Of a stretch of 64,000 nt of DNA, positions 13,137 to 24,402 are shown piece after piece. The notes under the pieces are model-generated. The model worked only from the letters and a program-made list of their open reading frames with translations, made no database searches and had not been told where the DNA came from. Origin of the DNA: Octopus sinensis. Lineage: Eukaryota. Both the position numbers and the translations under genes were made by a program. Where the stretch lies: positions 248,001-312,000 of the forward strand of contig NW_021835996.1 of assembly GCF_006345805.1 (NCBI RefSeq). Reading direction: 5' to 3'. How positions within the stretch are numbered: position 1 is the first letter of the stretch; the number at the start of each line of letters is the position of its first letter.

Positions 13137-14571
13137 GGTAAAATATTGAATTATTTTTGTAATAATTTAATTTGTATATGTACTTTATGTTGTAAAAGAG
13201 TAAATTAATTAATTTTAAATCAAAGAGGGAAAACATAAACATTTATTGTTGGATGCATTACTTTGTTAAGTCTGAGGTATAAATAATATAATATTTTCTG
13301 CTCGGTTTATTTTGTGAATTGGATAGAAATATTTTATTCACATACAACTTATGCGACTTAATTCCAGATTCTCTTCTTAACGGGTTATACACGACTCAGT
13401 TTAATTACCAGGGAACATATCCTGGGATTCTCTATCTGTGGGAATTTCGTAATCTCTCTGTGCCCAGTCAGTCGGACAGATGATATATTTGAAACAGATT
13501 TTGCGTTTCACATTTGGGAATTCCGTTTTAGCGATCCAATGAAACTTGTAATTTGATTTTTAAAATGTTATTTCAGATTTTTACCACTTCAATAAACGTC
13601 GATTCAGATCACCTCGTGGAGGTGTACCAAGATATTAAAGGATCGAGAAATCTTGTGATCACAGCAAATCCATCCTTTGTGTACGAACAACTGAATATTA
13701 AAAATAAAAAGTTCTAGTCAAAACAATTCGGAATTAGTCGATTTTGTGTATATTTTCTGACAAAGCCAATTCCATTGGAGTCTGGGTGCTCTAATGTTCA
13801 AAAAATTCAAATTTCGTGCAAAATGTTGCCCAGTCAAACAAAGCAGAGACAACCCATCATTTTCCACAAATATAAAAATTCAGAGTATTTTATTTGGGAG
13901 ACTTATTGCGCTTTTTAATCATTTCTGTGACCAATGGAGACTCCTTAGATTGTGCATTGCTGACATTTAGCAATAATTTATGGAGTTGTGATGACGATCA
14001 GTTGATGAATTATTCACGTTTTTTATTATTAAGTTGATTTTTTGATTTATTCCAGTGGGGAGTTGTTTTGGACACAGTTTTTGGTGATCCTTCCAGCACA
14101 TTGCAGATTTGGTATGTCCTCACCTTCGAAGAAGTCGTCACTTTATTAATTAAAAATAATTATTTAATTGACGGTCATGATCTGATGATGCATCTTCTTG
14201 ACGTTAGACATGCTCGGGTTTATATATAAGATTGTAGATGAGGAAAGAACCGTCTATTTCATGTTTATTTACAAATCAAGTTACCTGCTATTTTTAAAAT
14301 GGGTCCTCAATACTGGAAGTTTGTTATTGTATTGTAAACTTGTAGAAATCATTGTTTTGGATGGATGTAATTCTGGTTTAGGGTATTATAGTATATATAT
14401 TTAGAAATTTAATTATATTAAAATCAGTGGCCCGTCTTCAAAAAATGAACAGCTGTCCTGTACTTAATAATAAACCATGGATTATTGGTTCATTTTGTAA
14501 AAATAATTACATTAGGCCTCTCGTTGAATTATATTTTGCATCCATCGAATCAGATTGCACTTGTCCTTTGA
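13137..14571 (+). pseudogene. DCAF15-like gene, apparently disrupted (no clear start, frameshifts)
   Basis: Spliced 'LLNG|EHILGFSICGNFVISL...AFHIWEFRFSDPMKL' resembles the DCAF15 motif 'GHIFLGFSKCGRYVLSY...YWWEF'. Later 'KWVLNTG'. Mini-introns include 13384-13411. Confidence 0.5.
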
Positions 14572-15034
14572 GTTCAATGTTGTTGATTGAATATTAAAAA
14601 TGTTTTAATTTTAGCTTCGCGTGTCACGAATTGATATATTTTTTTGATCTTGCTAAAAAAACAATTTTAAAACCCACGTGGAAAGACATCTTAGCGGTAA
14701 AGAATTTTCCCAATATTTTATTCTTAAGCGAACAAAATATGAGTTATTTCTTTATTTAGATTACCGTCCCGAATTATTATTTAAGTACTCAGTAGATTTT
14801 AGAAGTTTTAGCTTTTTTCACTTAAACCGACGTAAAAAGTTGATCACAATGTTTTTCTTAGTGGCAGGAAAAGTCAAGTTTTAGAGTGATTCCAAAAGAT
14901 TATGTTATTTGGACATTCTAAGAAAATTTGCTAAATATTCTCAAGGGACCCAAAATATTAGTCTAAGAGAAATCATGGTCGTCGTTCGGAAACTTACAAA
15001 ATCATACCTTCGTCACCAAATATACAAACTCAGT

Positions 15035-15210
15035 TGAGACTTCCGGTTCCTTGAGCGGTAAGGCAATCAGCTTCATTCAGGAGATCGGGTCCCGCATGTC
15101 TGCTCTCACAGGCAACGCCCGCGAATCAAGATGGTTTTTCGAGCGGATATCCCTCACGATAGTGCGCTCTAATTCTTTATCGATCGCGTCGGTTTCCCGT
15201 CCATAAAGTT
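15035..15210 (+). mobile_element. CRE-type retrotransposon 3' end fragment
   Basis: 'VETSGSL...FIQEIGSRMSALTGNARESRWFFERISLTIVRSN' matches the C-terminus of the 51547-52599 element. Confidence 0.7.
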
Positions 15211-15586
15211 TAGTTTCGGATTACTTTTTTATGTTTTTAATAAGGAAAAAAATTGCAAAAAAAATATACAAATTTTAATAAGAGTGTCACAACTGCCGAT
15301 TCGCTGACGTAATATCCCACATGCATATATAGACAGTACTGCTAAAATGAAAAGCATTAATGGCCTAATTTTAAAATAAAACTCAGAGAGAACATTCACA
15401 GATGCGTTTAGGATACCACATAATCTAGAAGGGTCTTTAGTGACGCAGGATTTTTAACGACAGCCTGACCATTTGTCAAAAATCTTAGTGATTGACTAAC
15501 AACATTTTAGATACTGAGAAAGTCTGACATTCAAAAACAGAAAAAATATGAAGTGAGAAAAAAGGCCGATAAAAAGTGAGAAACGA

Positions 15587-16571
15587 CTATTCGCTTTCTA
15601 ATTTAGACAATTCACTGCCATGAACTGATTTCTCATGTTTCAGTCGAACTGCCGGATACTTGAAATACTGTCCACAATTGAAGCGGCAAGGAATATTTGG
15701 CTTATCGGGCTTCTCTCCCAAATGTTTGGTTCGAATGTGCTTTATCATATTCCCCTTGTAGATAGAACTGAACGAGCAACTCTTGCAATTGAACTGAGTT
15801 TTGCATTCAAGCATTTCATTCACATTCGAAGCAGAATTTTGAGGTTCCTCGTCCTCACTAGACGAAGGAAATTTGTTCGAGGACATTTTAATGTTCAAAG
15901 AGTCAGAATCTAAAAAATCCTCACGTTTCTCAGCCGCCATAGAATTATCGTCGGTAACGTCGAGTTTTTTCATGTCATCAGTCAAAGAACACACGTTATT
16001 CGTCTGGGAATTGTCGTCTTCTTGGTAATAATCGGCAATTTCGATTTTGATATCCTCCATTTTACGTTTGGCAGGAGATTCGACCTCTAACTTGACCTTT
16101 CTGGTTCTTGGATCCTTGGGAGTCGAACTCTTCTTAGGAGTTAACTTCGACTTGACAGGAGTCACGTTGTTGACATGCAGTGCTGACATAGGGCTCTCCA
16201 TTTGATGGCTATCTGCTACATTCTCTGCCGTTGTAATCCCGTTCTGCTCGTGTTTTTCATATTCAGGTGTTAATTGCGCAGGGTTCTGGCATGTAGGTGT
16301 GTTTTCTGTGGGAACTGGACTCTGGTTTTGCATCAAAAGGGAGTCGCTCATTTCCTTTTTCTGAGAATAAACACACTGACTGTTCTCTTGAGCAGTACTC
16401 ACGTGGTTATCTGTTGATTAGTGACAAGTTATGATAACTCATCAAAGAAGCCGCTCCAAGCTTGTATTCGGAAACCTTGATTTTAAGCCAATTTGAAAAA
16501 TTGATTTTATCATCCAAATTATCCATTGCATTCCACTCTTTGAAAAAAGAAACGTAAGATAACTGCGACAT
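15587..16571 (-). CDS. C2H2 zinc-finger protein (318 aa, two C-terminal fingers), 2 exons
   Basis: ATG 16571 and a 28-nt intron 16438-16411 join in frame with ORF 15587-16402. Fingers 'CKSCSFSSIYKGNMIKHIRTKH' and 'CRFNCGQYFKYPAVRLKHEKSVH'. Confidence 0.82.
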
Positions 16572-16879
16572 GACAGAAATAACGAAAATGCGGCACAAAC
16601 GGTTGTTTTATTACGATCAGAACGGGATTTCTCTTTGTAAAATACTGATAAATAACGTGTTCTTGTTTATGAGTTTTTTTGCATGTCTAATTAACTGCCC
16701 ATTTGGCCTTATTGAAGGTCAAAGCTTGAAATAAATTTGTAAATTTCAAATGTTTGAAATCAATATTAATGGTAATTAATCGACCTCGACAAGTTTAATA
16801 TGCTTATATTAGGCTCAAGTGATAAGAACAAAATGGTCTCTTCGACTGCAGATTCATTTGCACCGGGCCAGTCAAAATT

Positions 16880-17570
16880 TTTTAATGCTGCCGGGCTCCG
16901 CAGCCAACGTTTACCATCCTCCTGAACCAGGCTGACCGGTTCCAGCTGTGATTGGAATCTGGCAGTTTCAAGAGTTCGCTTGACTATGTCGTTCAAGGCA
17001 GTATGTCGAGTGAGGCGTCCGAAGCTTCTCTGGTACGATAATGGCTGCAGTCCAAGGGGGTCAACGGTCAATCCGCAGTGGCACCGGTGTTCCCGGCATA
17101 CGTTTAGCCCCAGGCGCAATAAGACGCCGATCCTCAGGCAATCATCGTCCGATAAAGTTCCAATCGATTTCATTGGGATGGCTGTCAACCAAGCCCCGAA
17201 TATGGTTGTGAGGCAGCCAATAAACAAACCAAGCGATGTTGATTAAGCTTAGGCTTGAGGTTGTTCAGCTTCTGGTCACAGAGGATCCTGTCCCATTGAC
17301 ACAAGGTTTGATGTTTTTTCTGATAAGATCGAAACGACACCGGTGTTAAAAATCGGAAAACCCAGAATCTTGGGATTACTGACGAGGTGACATGGATGTT
17401 AGGAAGTAATGACTCGATAAAACCATGGGTGACTGAGAAACGGTGAACATCATAACTGATGTTAAGAATTTCAGATTTTCGGGGATTGATTTCGAGGCCA
17501 ATTGCGTGTAATGCTGGGATCGTCAAGAACTGATTCGAGAGTACCTCCGATAGTGGCATTGTCCAAATAC
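16880..17570 (-). mobile_element. CRE-type retrotransposon fragment
   Basis: 'GAWLTAIP...LRLGLNVCREHRCHCG...RHTALNDIVKR...LEPV...DGKR' Zn-knuckle/RLE region. Confidence 0.8.
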
Positions 17571-17729
17571 TATGCTTTGAAATTTTTGTATCGAAATCTT
17601 TTCTTACGGTCGACATTCCCATCCGGCTCATCAATTGACTGGCCGTCTTGAATTTCTTTGATTATTTTTAAATCCGAAGCTTTCAGTTTCACAAAACCCA
17701 TTTTGCACGCTTAAAAAAATAATTAAAAA

Positions 17730-19520
17730 TATCCAGTCTCAATATGTGCCCAAAAAGTCTCCATCTGGCTGGATTCCAGGATGTCCATGGAGATCGGTCT
17801 CGAGTTAGATCTGTTTATAAGGCCGAGTTAGATATTTTTCTTGGGAATTGTATGTTCATAATTCTTCTCAGTTGATTTCGATGAAATTGGTTCAAACTGT
17901 TCATATCAGCTTTGGTGATTCCCCATGTCGACTGCGAAATTTGTAAATTTCCGTCAAGACAGAAACAATAAACGTGTTATAATATCTTTAGTTTTGTCTT
18001 TGTATTCAGTTTTCCTAACCTCCAAATATTCAGAAATTTGTTATACGCAGCGATCGGTAATATCTTTCTATGGGTGATGTCTTCAGAGTCACCCAGGAGT
18101 GATCCGACTTTTTAATGCTTTCTCCAGGGCTCATCGTGGGTGCGTTCAGCACGAACGATTTTCGTGTATTCCGTTTTATTATGATTGACTTTTAAAAACC
18201 ATTTGGAAAATATATGTGGTAATATTTCAATAATGTACTGAAAGGTTTCTGCGTCTTCAGAAACGAAGTTGACATCGTCGGCATATATTATTTCATTGTA
18301 TTTGCTATTGTCAACAAAAGGCCTGAAGTCTCTGAGTGCTGCTTCTAGATAGACGATAAACAGGACTGGGGACAGCAAGTCACCCTGCGGTATGGCCCGT
18401 GAAGTGTAAAAGTAATTTGACTCAGTTTTGCCAAGTTCGGTTGCCAATTGGGTGCCTTGTAGTAGTTTTATGATGATTCTGACATCGTCTTGATTTAGAA
18501 AGCTCGAAAGTACATCCACAAGTTTGGTTCTATGAATAGAGTCGAATGCTCTGGACATATCAATTCCGAGAATCTCAGTACACCGTTTATATTTTTGACA
18601 TAAAGCAGCGGTCCATCTGTGCGTCCAGATAACATCAGCAGTGGACCTTCCCGTTCTGAATCCACTTTGCCCCAGAGACAGATAATTTTCCACCTTGATT
18701 CTTATCCTCTCCAATGCAACCAGTGACAGTGTTTTCCGAAGCGTCGTTAGTATAATAATAGGTCTTAAGTTGAGTAAAGGTCCTTTTTGTTTTCCGGGTT
18801 TCTGTAGTGGAATTAACCATCCTTTGCCGAAGTCTAGCTGGTTGTTCTGCTCAAATCCTTTGTTCAGAATGTATGCAATGATTTCAGCAAGCTTCACTGG
18901 TGCGTATTTTACTAGTTCAGGTGGGATATTATCTGGTCTCGCAGACCTGCCGATTTTCAATTTCTTGATTGCATCCAATATTTCACATGTGTTTATTGGG
19001 CAGCTTAGTGCCCCTGCAGTATGTGGGTAGGGTTTGTACCCTGACTCATCCTCCCAGTTAAGCATTTTGTAGTAGAATCTAGATATAGCATCTCCTTTAC
19101 TTTTGTTGTTGATGATGATAGCACCCGTGGTGTCCCAGACAGTAATCGAGTTTTGTCTCTGCTTTTTCATTAACAGTCTCATAGCCATAAACATTCTTGT
19201 CCCGTCCTTTTGCTTTACTATGTTTTGGAGTTGTTCTTCTGTTTCTTTGTATACTAGCGTTTTTTGTATTTTCTTGATATTTAGTAATGTCAGGTTGCTT
19301 AATTTTCGAAGATCCCTTATGTCTTCCGGGTTTTTGGAGTTCTGTATTCTTAGCCTCAAGGCTTTCTGGTTTTCTGAGAGAGAGAAAATCTCGTTATTGT
19401 GAAATTTGTGTTGCTTTTGATTGATTCCAACAACATTTAATGCTGTCCTCTTCATTGAACTGGTCACTGCATCCCATATCGTATTTGCAGGTTTTGTTGT
19501 GTCAATATCGTCGAGTTCTG
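17730..19520 (-). mobile_element. RTE-like non-LTR retrotransposon, RT domain open over 478 aa
   Basis: LRPIIIL, QSGFRTGRSTAD, IDMSRAFD, PQGDLLSP and YADD motifs. The 3' part is frameshifted. Confidence 0.88.
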
Positions 19521-20194
19521 AAATACTAAGTAAAATTAATCCAGTCATTCAATACTAATTACGGGTTTTCAAAATTACTTAAATAATCCAATTAAAGTTA
19601 ATTCAAAGGTTTTAATGATTTTGTTGTGCATTGAAACAATATACTCCCATGTTATTACACAACCAAAATAATATATATTACAAAAATAAACGCAGCATAA
19701 TTCGTTAAAAATACTTTTTTATACTCAAAAATAACTATCACATCGAGACATTATTCTAAAATCATTTGTAAAACTGTAAATCGTGGGCGCTAAATATTAA
19801 AATCCAGACAAGTATATTAAGACACTCAAAAAACAGTCATATAAGGAAAACTCGGAATATACATTTACAGTTCAAGTCAGGATTATTTTGCATGTTAAAT
19901 ATCGCATTTTCCGTCGACATTTGGTTATAAAAACTAACAAAAATCAATATTTACAAACTTTAGGAAACCATACCTTTCTTCAATTACTCTGATTAGGGTA
20001 ATACTTTCATACTCCATAAACATGTGGAATAAATCCATCTCTACTGCACCTCGTGTTGTTCATTTTAACCAAAATGCAGAAAATAATTTCTTAAATTTTT
20101 TTGGCGGGATTGATTTAAGGACCACATTATTGAGGATGTTCTTGATATGTAGTTTTTTGGGTGGAAGATTTTTGAAGAAGCTCATCATTTTGGA

Positions 20195-20385
20195 CGTCTC
20201 CACTGCGATCAGGGCAAAGATATGAAGGTGCGATAATGCACTGTATTTTTTGACTTTTAACGTTTCTGCCAGGTTAGCTGCGGAGCCCGGCTCTGCGGCT
20301 GACGTAAAGATGTTTCCGGCGGAGAAAATGTCTGTAAAAGTTGCGTCCCATATGAAGGACTTGCCATTTTCGAAGGGGAAAGTTA
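20195..20385 (-). mobile_element. CRE-type RLE fragment
   Basis: 'FPFENGKSFIWDATFTD...AANLAETLKVKKY...IAVETS'. Confidence 0.72.
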
Positions 20386-20509
20386 TTTTGACAATTATAA
20401 TCGAAAATGATTTTGACAATTTATCTGTACTTTGCCAATTTGAAGTTGGTGCACACACAGACACATACAATACAATTTTATTATTAAGATTAAAAAAGTG
20501 GATTGATTG

Positions 20510-21176
20510 TTAGAAACGTGCACAAGTTTTTTTCCATTGACATTGTTTACACCACAAATGACGTTTTTCTGCTCCATACACTTTTCGACATTTCCCATTT
20601 TGAGCTTTATTGAAAATCTGTTTTCTTTCAGATTTATTTGCATTTTTAATCTTCTAACAAATAAAAAAATCAAATACCGTTTTTTTAGATTGCGTTTTTT
20701 TGGGTTCAATCTTTGTATTTTTTATAGGAAATGTATTCCAAAGAGATGATTCATATTTAGAGTTTTCAGTATTCGCAACTTGTTCAACGTGTTCATATTC
20801 AACCACATTTGAATCATCTTTCAATCTTTCGTCGTACATTTCTTTGTAATGCTTGGAATCACCATGTACACTATCTTCTGAAGAATCTGAAAGACACTAA
20901 TAATAATAAAAAAATCACAATTACCGATGGATCAGATTCTTGTTTCAGAACTCGATTTAAATGTCGGAACATGTATTCCGACGTTGTCATAAATTTACGA
21001 AGTCTCGGATCACGTTCATGCTTTAAATAATCTAAAATGATCATTATGATCTACCTTGAAAACAATATTCAAAATCTTGTTGATATTGTTCTGATATGGA
21101 CTTTTTTAGGTGCCTTCGGTATCTGGAATATATTGTTAAACATATTTAAATACCGATCAATCACAATTTTCAACAT
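20510..21176 (-). CDS. C-clamp domain protein (186 aa, 5 exons; ZNF704/ZNF395/SLC2A4RG-type C-terminus)
   Basis: Introns 21153-21123, 21054-21032, 20924-20897 and 20677-20654 give an open frame ending [27 protein letters not shown], matching the C-clamp consensus KKCRKVYG..RD.WCTACRWKKAC.RF. Confidence 0.85.
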
Positions 21177-22329
21177 TTAGCGATTAAAAAAACTTCGCTA
21201 TTTAATAAAAGAGTCGTTTTTATATTTCGGATACTTCCTAAACTTAGGTTTAGGAAGTATAGGAAATAACTTTTTACAATTCGGAAATAAAAGTGTCCAA
21301 CGTTAACTTTAAAGTTTAGTAATGTCAAATAGTTAAAAAGCTATTGGAACATAAAAACAACCCGATAGTAGGTTCTACTGTAAGATAATTGAGATGATTA
21401 CAGGAGGTATCATCACCTTTAAAAAACGTTTTTACTACAATAAAAACAAGATTTCAACTAAATTTCTAAGTAAGATTATTTTAAAATGTCGAATAAAATC
21501 CAGAAAAGTAAAAAAATCACATTCTATCTTGATAGTAGAATCATTTAATAATAATAAATTACATTTACTTTCACATTTGCGCGCCAGCGCTAAATTTCGG
21601 CTTAGTATAAATTGATTTCACTGCGACGAACTCATTGAAATGGATGAAATTCGTCTAAACTGTGTGATACTCAACTATATCACAATTTTAAAGAAAATAG
21701 TCCGAAATTTTGTGGAAAGTGTCATAGCTATTACACTCATGATTATGAATCAATTGATGGAGCTACTCCGCCAAATTATCAAAAAACAAGAAAAGTAACA
21801 TTTTGTATTACCTATATTGAATATCCACAATTTTAATTAGTTGTTAACTCTGTCTGTTTTCATGATTTATTATTGATTTAACTAAAAATTAAATTAATAT
21901 TTATTGTAGAACAGCTATAGTCTCCCCTTTCTCTTTAAAGTGCCTTTCAAAACCGATCTTTTACAAAATATTTTTACTTCTCGAATGACGACACCACTTG
22001 CTTCAAACGCATGCGGAACGAATTCTACACAGCCCAGGCAATGACCCGAGTGTAGCTCAGAAGAGAGAGTAAATCATGCTAATTCAAGCTGTCAACATAA
22101 GATCGTAGGTTCAAATAGCGATGCTTATTTTTGATAAGAACTTTTTTATTTATGAATTTTTTCAAATAGTAAATTATCCTTTTCAGGTTTTTCTGCCTTA
22201 AACAGCTTTTTGACATTTGGAATGCTTTTGTTGGTCAAAAAACTTTTAAGAGTGGGAAATTTATCGAACGATGTTAGATTTATTTTTATGAATTGCACCT
22301 TTAATTATTTTTATGATTGAAAATATTGA

Positions 22330-23090
22330 TTTTAGGATTATTTTGATACAACACGTGTATTGATCGTCAACTTCTAATGACTCGCAGACTGCATCTCAAA
22401 CCTGCAAATAAAGAGAGGTTATATCTAAACCGAAAGTCTTTGGGGAGAGAACTTGCTTCGGTTTCTTTCAAGAGTGAATTGATGCTCCTCCAGTCCCTCA
22501 AAAGTTTATGCTTACGGAGGAAGGGAATTCTGGGGGTGATAAAAACAAATAAATTGCACTTAGCTAAAATTGCAGGATTTCTAGTCTCCAAGTATGCAAT
22601 TCTCGACATGGAGAATAGGAGATTGAGCTTATCAAAGATGCTCAAAGAAATTATTTGCTCAACAACATTAATTCTAAAGTGCTACATTTGGTGTTTTTCA
22701 AATTTATGAAAGAACAAAATGTTGACCTAGTCACGTCCTCGAGTGGTTATCTAAGGATCTGCGGAGTAAGGCATTGTACTGTCTTTTGCAGGACAGGAAT
22801 TAATTCTTTGCACCCATGGGGTCCCTGTGCAATCAGTCCAAGAAATGCAGTAAAACTGTCGACCATTTGGCCACCCAGTGTGGAAAAATGTTAAACAGTG
22901 AATACTTCGAAAACACAACGAAGTTGTAAGGTGCATTCATCTATATTTGTGCCGAGCAGACAGAAAATGTTGAGTTGATATGCCAATTATGGCAGAGGCA
23001 AGAGTCCAATACAATAAGCTTGATATTTATGTCTATGACAAATTAAACCAAGAAACTACTTTAGCGCAGGTGAAAACTATTCCGGTAGTT
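22330..23090 (+). mobile_element. R4-like retrotransposon 3' fragment
   Basis: 'HLKPANKERLYLNRKSLGR', 'VDHLATQC' and 'YNKLDIYVYDK', homologous to 8300-9060. Confidence 0.75.
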
Positions 23091-23569
23091 TTAACATAAA
23101 AACGGAGTTGTCTCCAAATACTTAAATATTACATGTATAAAATAATAATCGAAAAAGCAACGAGAACCTACATCACTGAAAAGAATTTTTGAAAGTATGT
23201 TAATTGAACACAAACACGGGGTGAAAGTATCTGGTGTACAATACGCCTCAGTTACTGACCACTTCGTGGAAGTGGCATGATGTTGAGACACGTCAATTGA
23301 AGCTATGGGAAATACACTCAACCCTCTCAAATTGGCCATTTTTGGTTCCTTCAATTTTGTTGGCCAATTTGAGAAATGGCCAATTTGAGAATAAAATCGA
23401 TATTTTTTCAAAGAAACTACTTTAATTCATCTTCAGTTAGCATTATTTTTTTAAATTTAAAGAAAATAAAAAAATCTTAATTTTTTTAAAAGTATAATTT
23501 AATTCCCACTTGTTTTTTTTAGATATCAGTATATTTTCTTTGTAACTTCTTATAGATGAGATTAGTTGA

Positions 23570-23990
23570 TACTTTCCTCTGTTTTTCACCTCACGTAGAA
23601 TCGATCGTATCAACCTGTATAAAGAAGATCAATTTTGTAAAAGCCTTCCTTTGGAACTGTGGGAGAACTTATCCGCCAGGGGTAGAGACCCTTTACAAGC
23701 AGTATATCGAGCCAACAATAGGCTATGCATGTGCTGCTTAGGGCTGTAACCTGGCGGCAACGAACCGGCTAAAAATCGAAAAAATTCAAGAAAGATCTAT
23801 CAACCTACTGAAGGACCATACCGATAGGAAAATTGTCCATAGAACACTGGAGTCTCTCGTAGAGGCAAATGGGGGGGATCGTGGAAATGGAACACAAACC
23901 ATTCACCGTACATACAGAAAGTGTGTGGGGTCACGGTCGGAACATCGTGAAAAGATGACTCGACTGTTGAGAAGTGTCGGAATCACCTGA
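23570..23990 (+). mobile_element. Jockey/I-like LINE 3' fragment
   Basis: 'FSPHVESIVSTCIKKINFVKAFL...LYKQYIEPTIGYAC...KIEKIQE', related to 4876-5300. Confidence 0.7.
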
Positions 23991-24402
23991 ACGTGTTAGT
24001 TAATGGTTAAGACGGTGATTTTGTTTGGCTTAAATAATAATAATAAAAGTAAGACATTATGCTCGTTTTCAATGTTTTTTAATAAATCTTCTTTAATTGT
24101 CTTTAACCTGGCCACAATGTCATTTTTATTAATTTCTTCCTCATGATTTATATTTTCATTATTTTCATCTTCAATATTTCCGCCATTGTCTATCTCTTCT
24201 ATTATATCATTTTCTGCATATTCATATGGAAGAAATTCTTCAATATCCAACAGATCAAAAATATCTGTCCTTTCTATTGGTATACTATCTTCTGAATTAT
24301 TTTTCACGTTATCATTATCTAGAATTCCGAAACAATTTGAAATGGTATGTTGCGATACATCTTTCCATGTTATTTTAACAAATATCACAACATCTTTTAA
24401 TG

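Noticed and set aside
13277-13300. Possible non-canonical GT-TG intron in the DCAF15-like locus
   Set aside because: The locus has other lesions, so a mutated AG or a sequence error is the simpler explanation.
14600-15035. Intron-like punctuated coding fragment after the DCAF15-like locus
   Set aside because: No continuous frame could be built and no family assigned.
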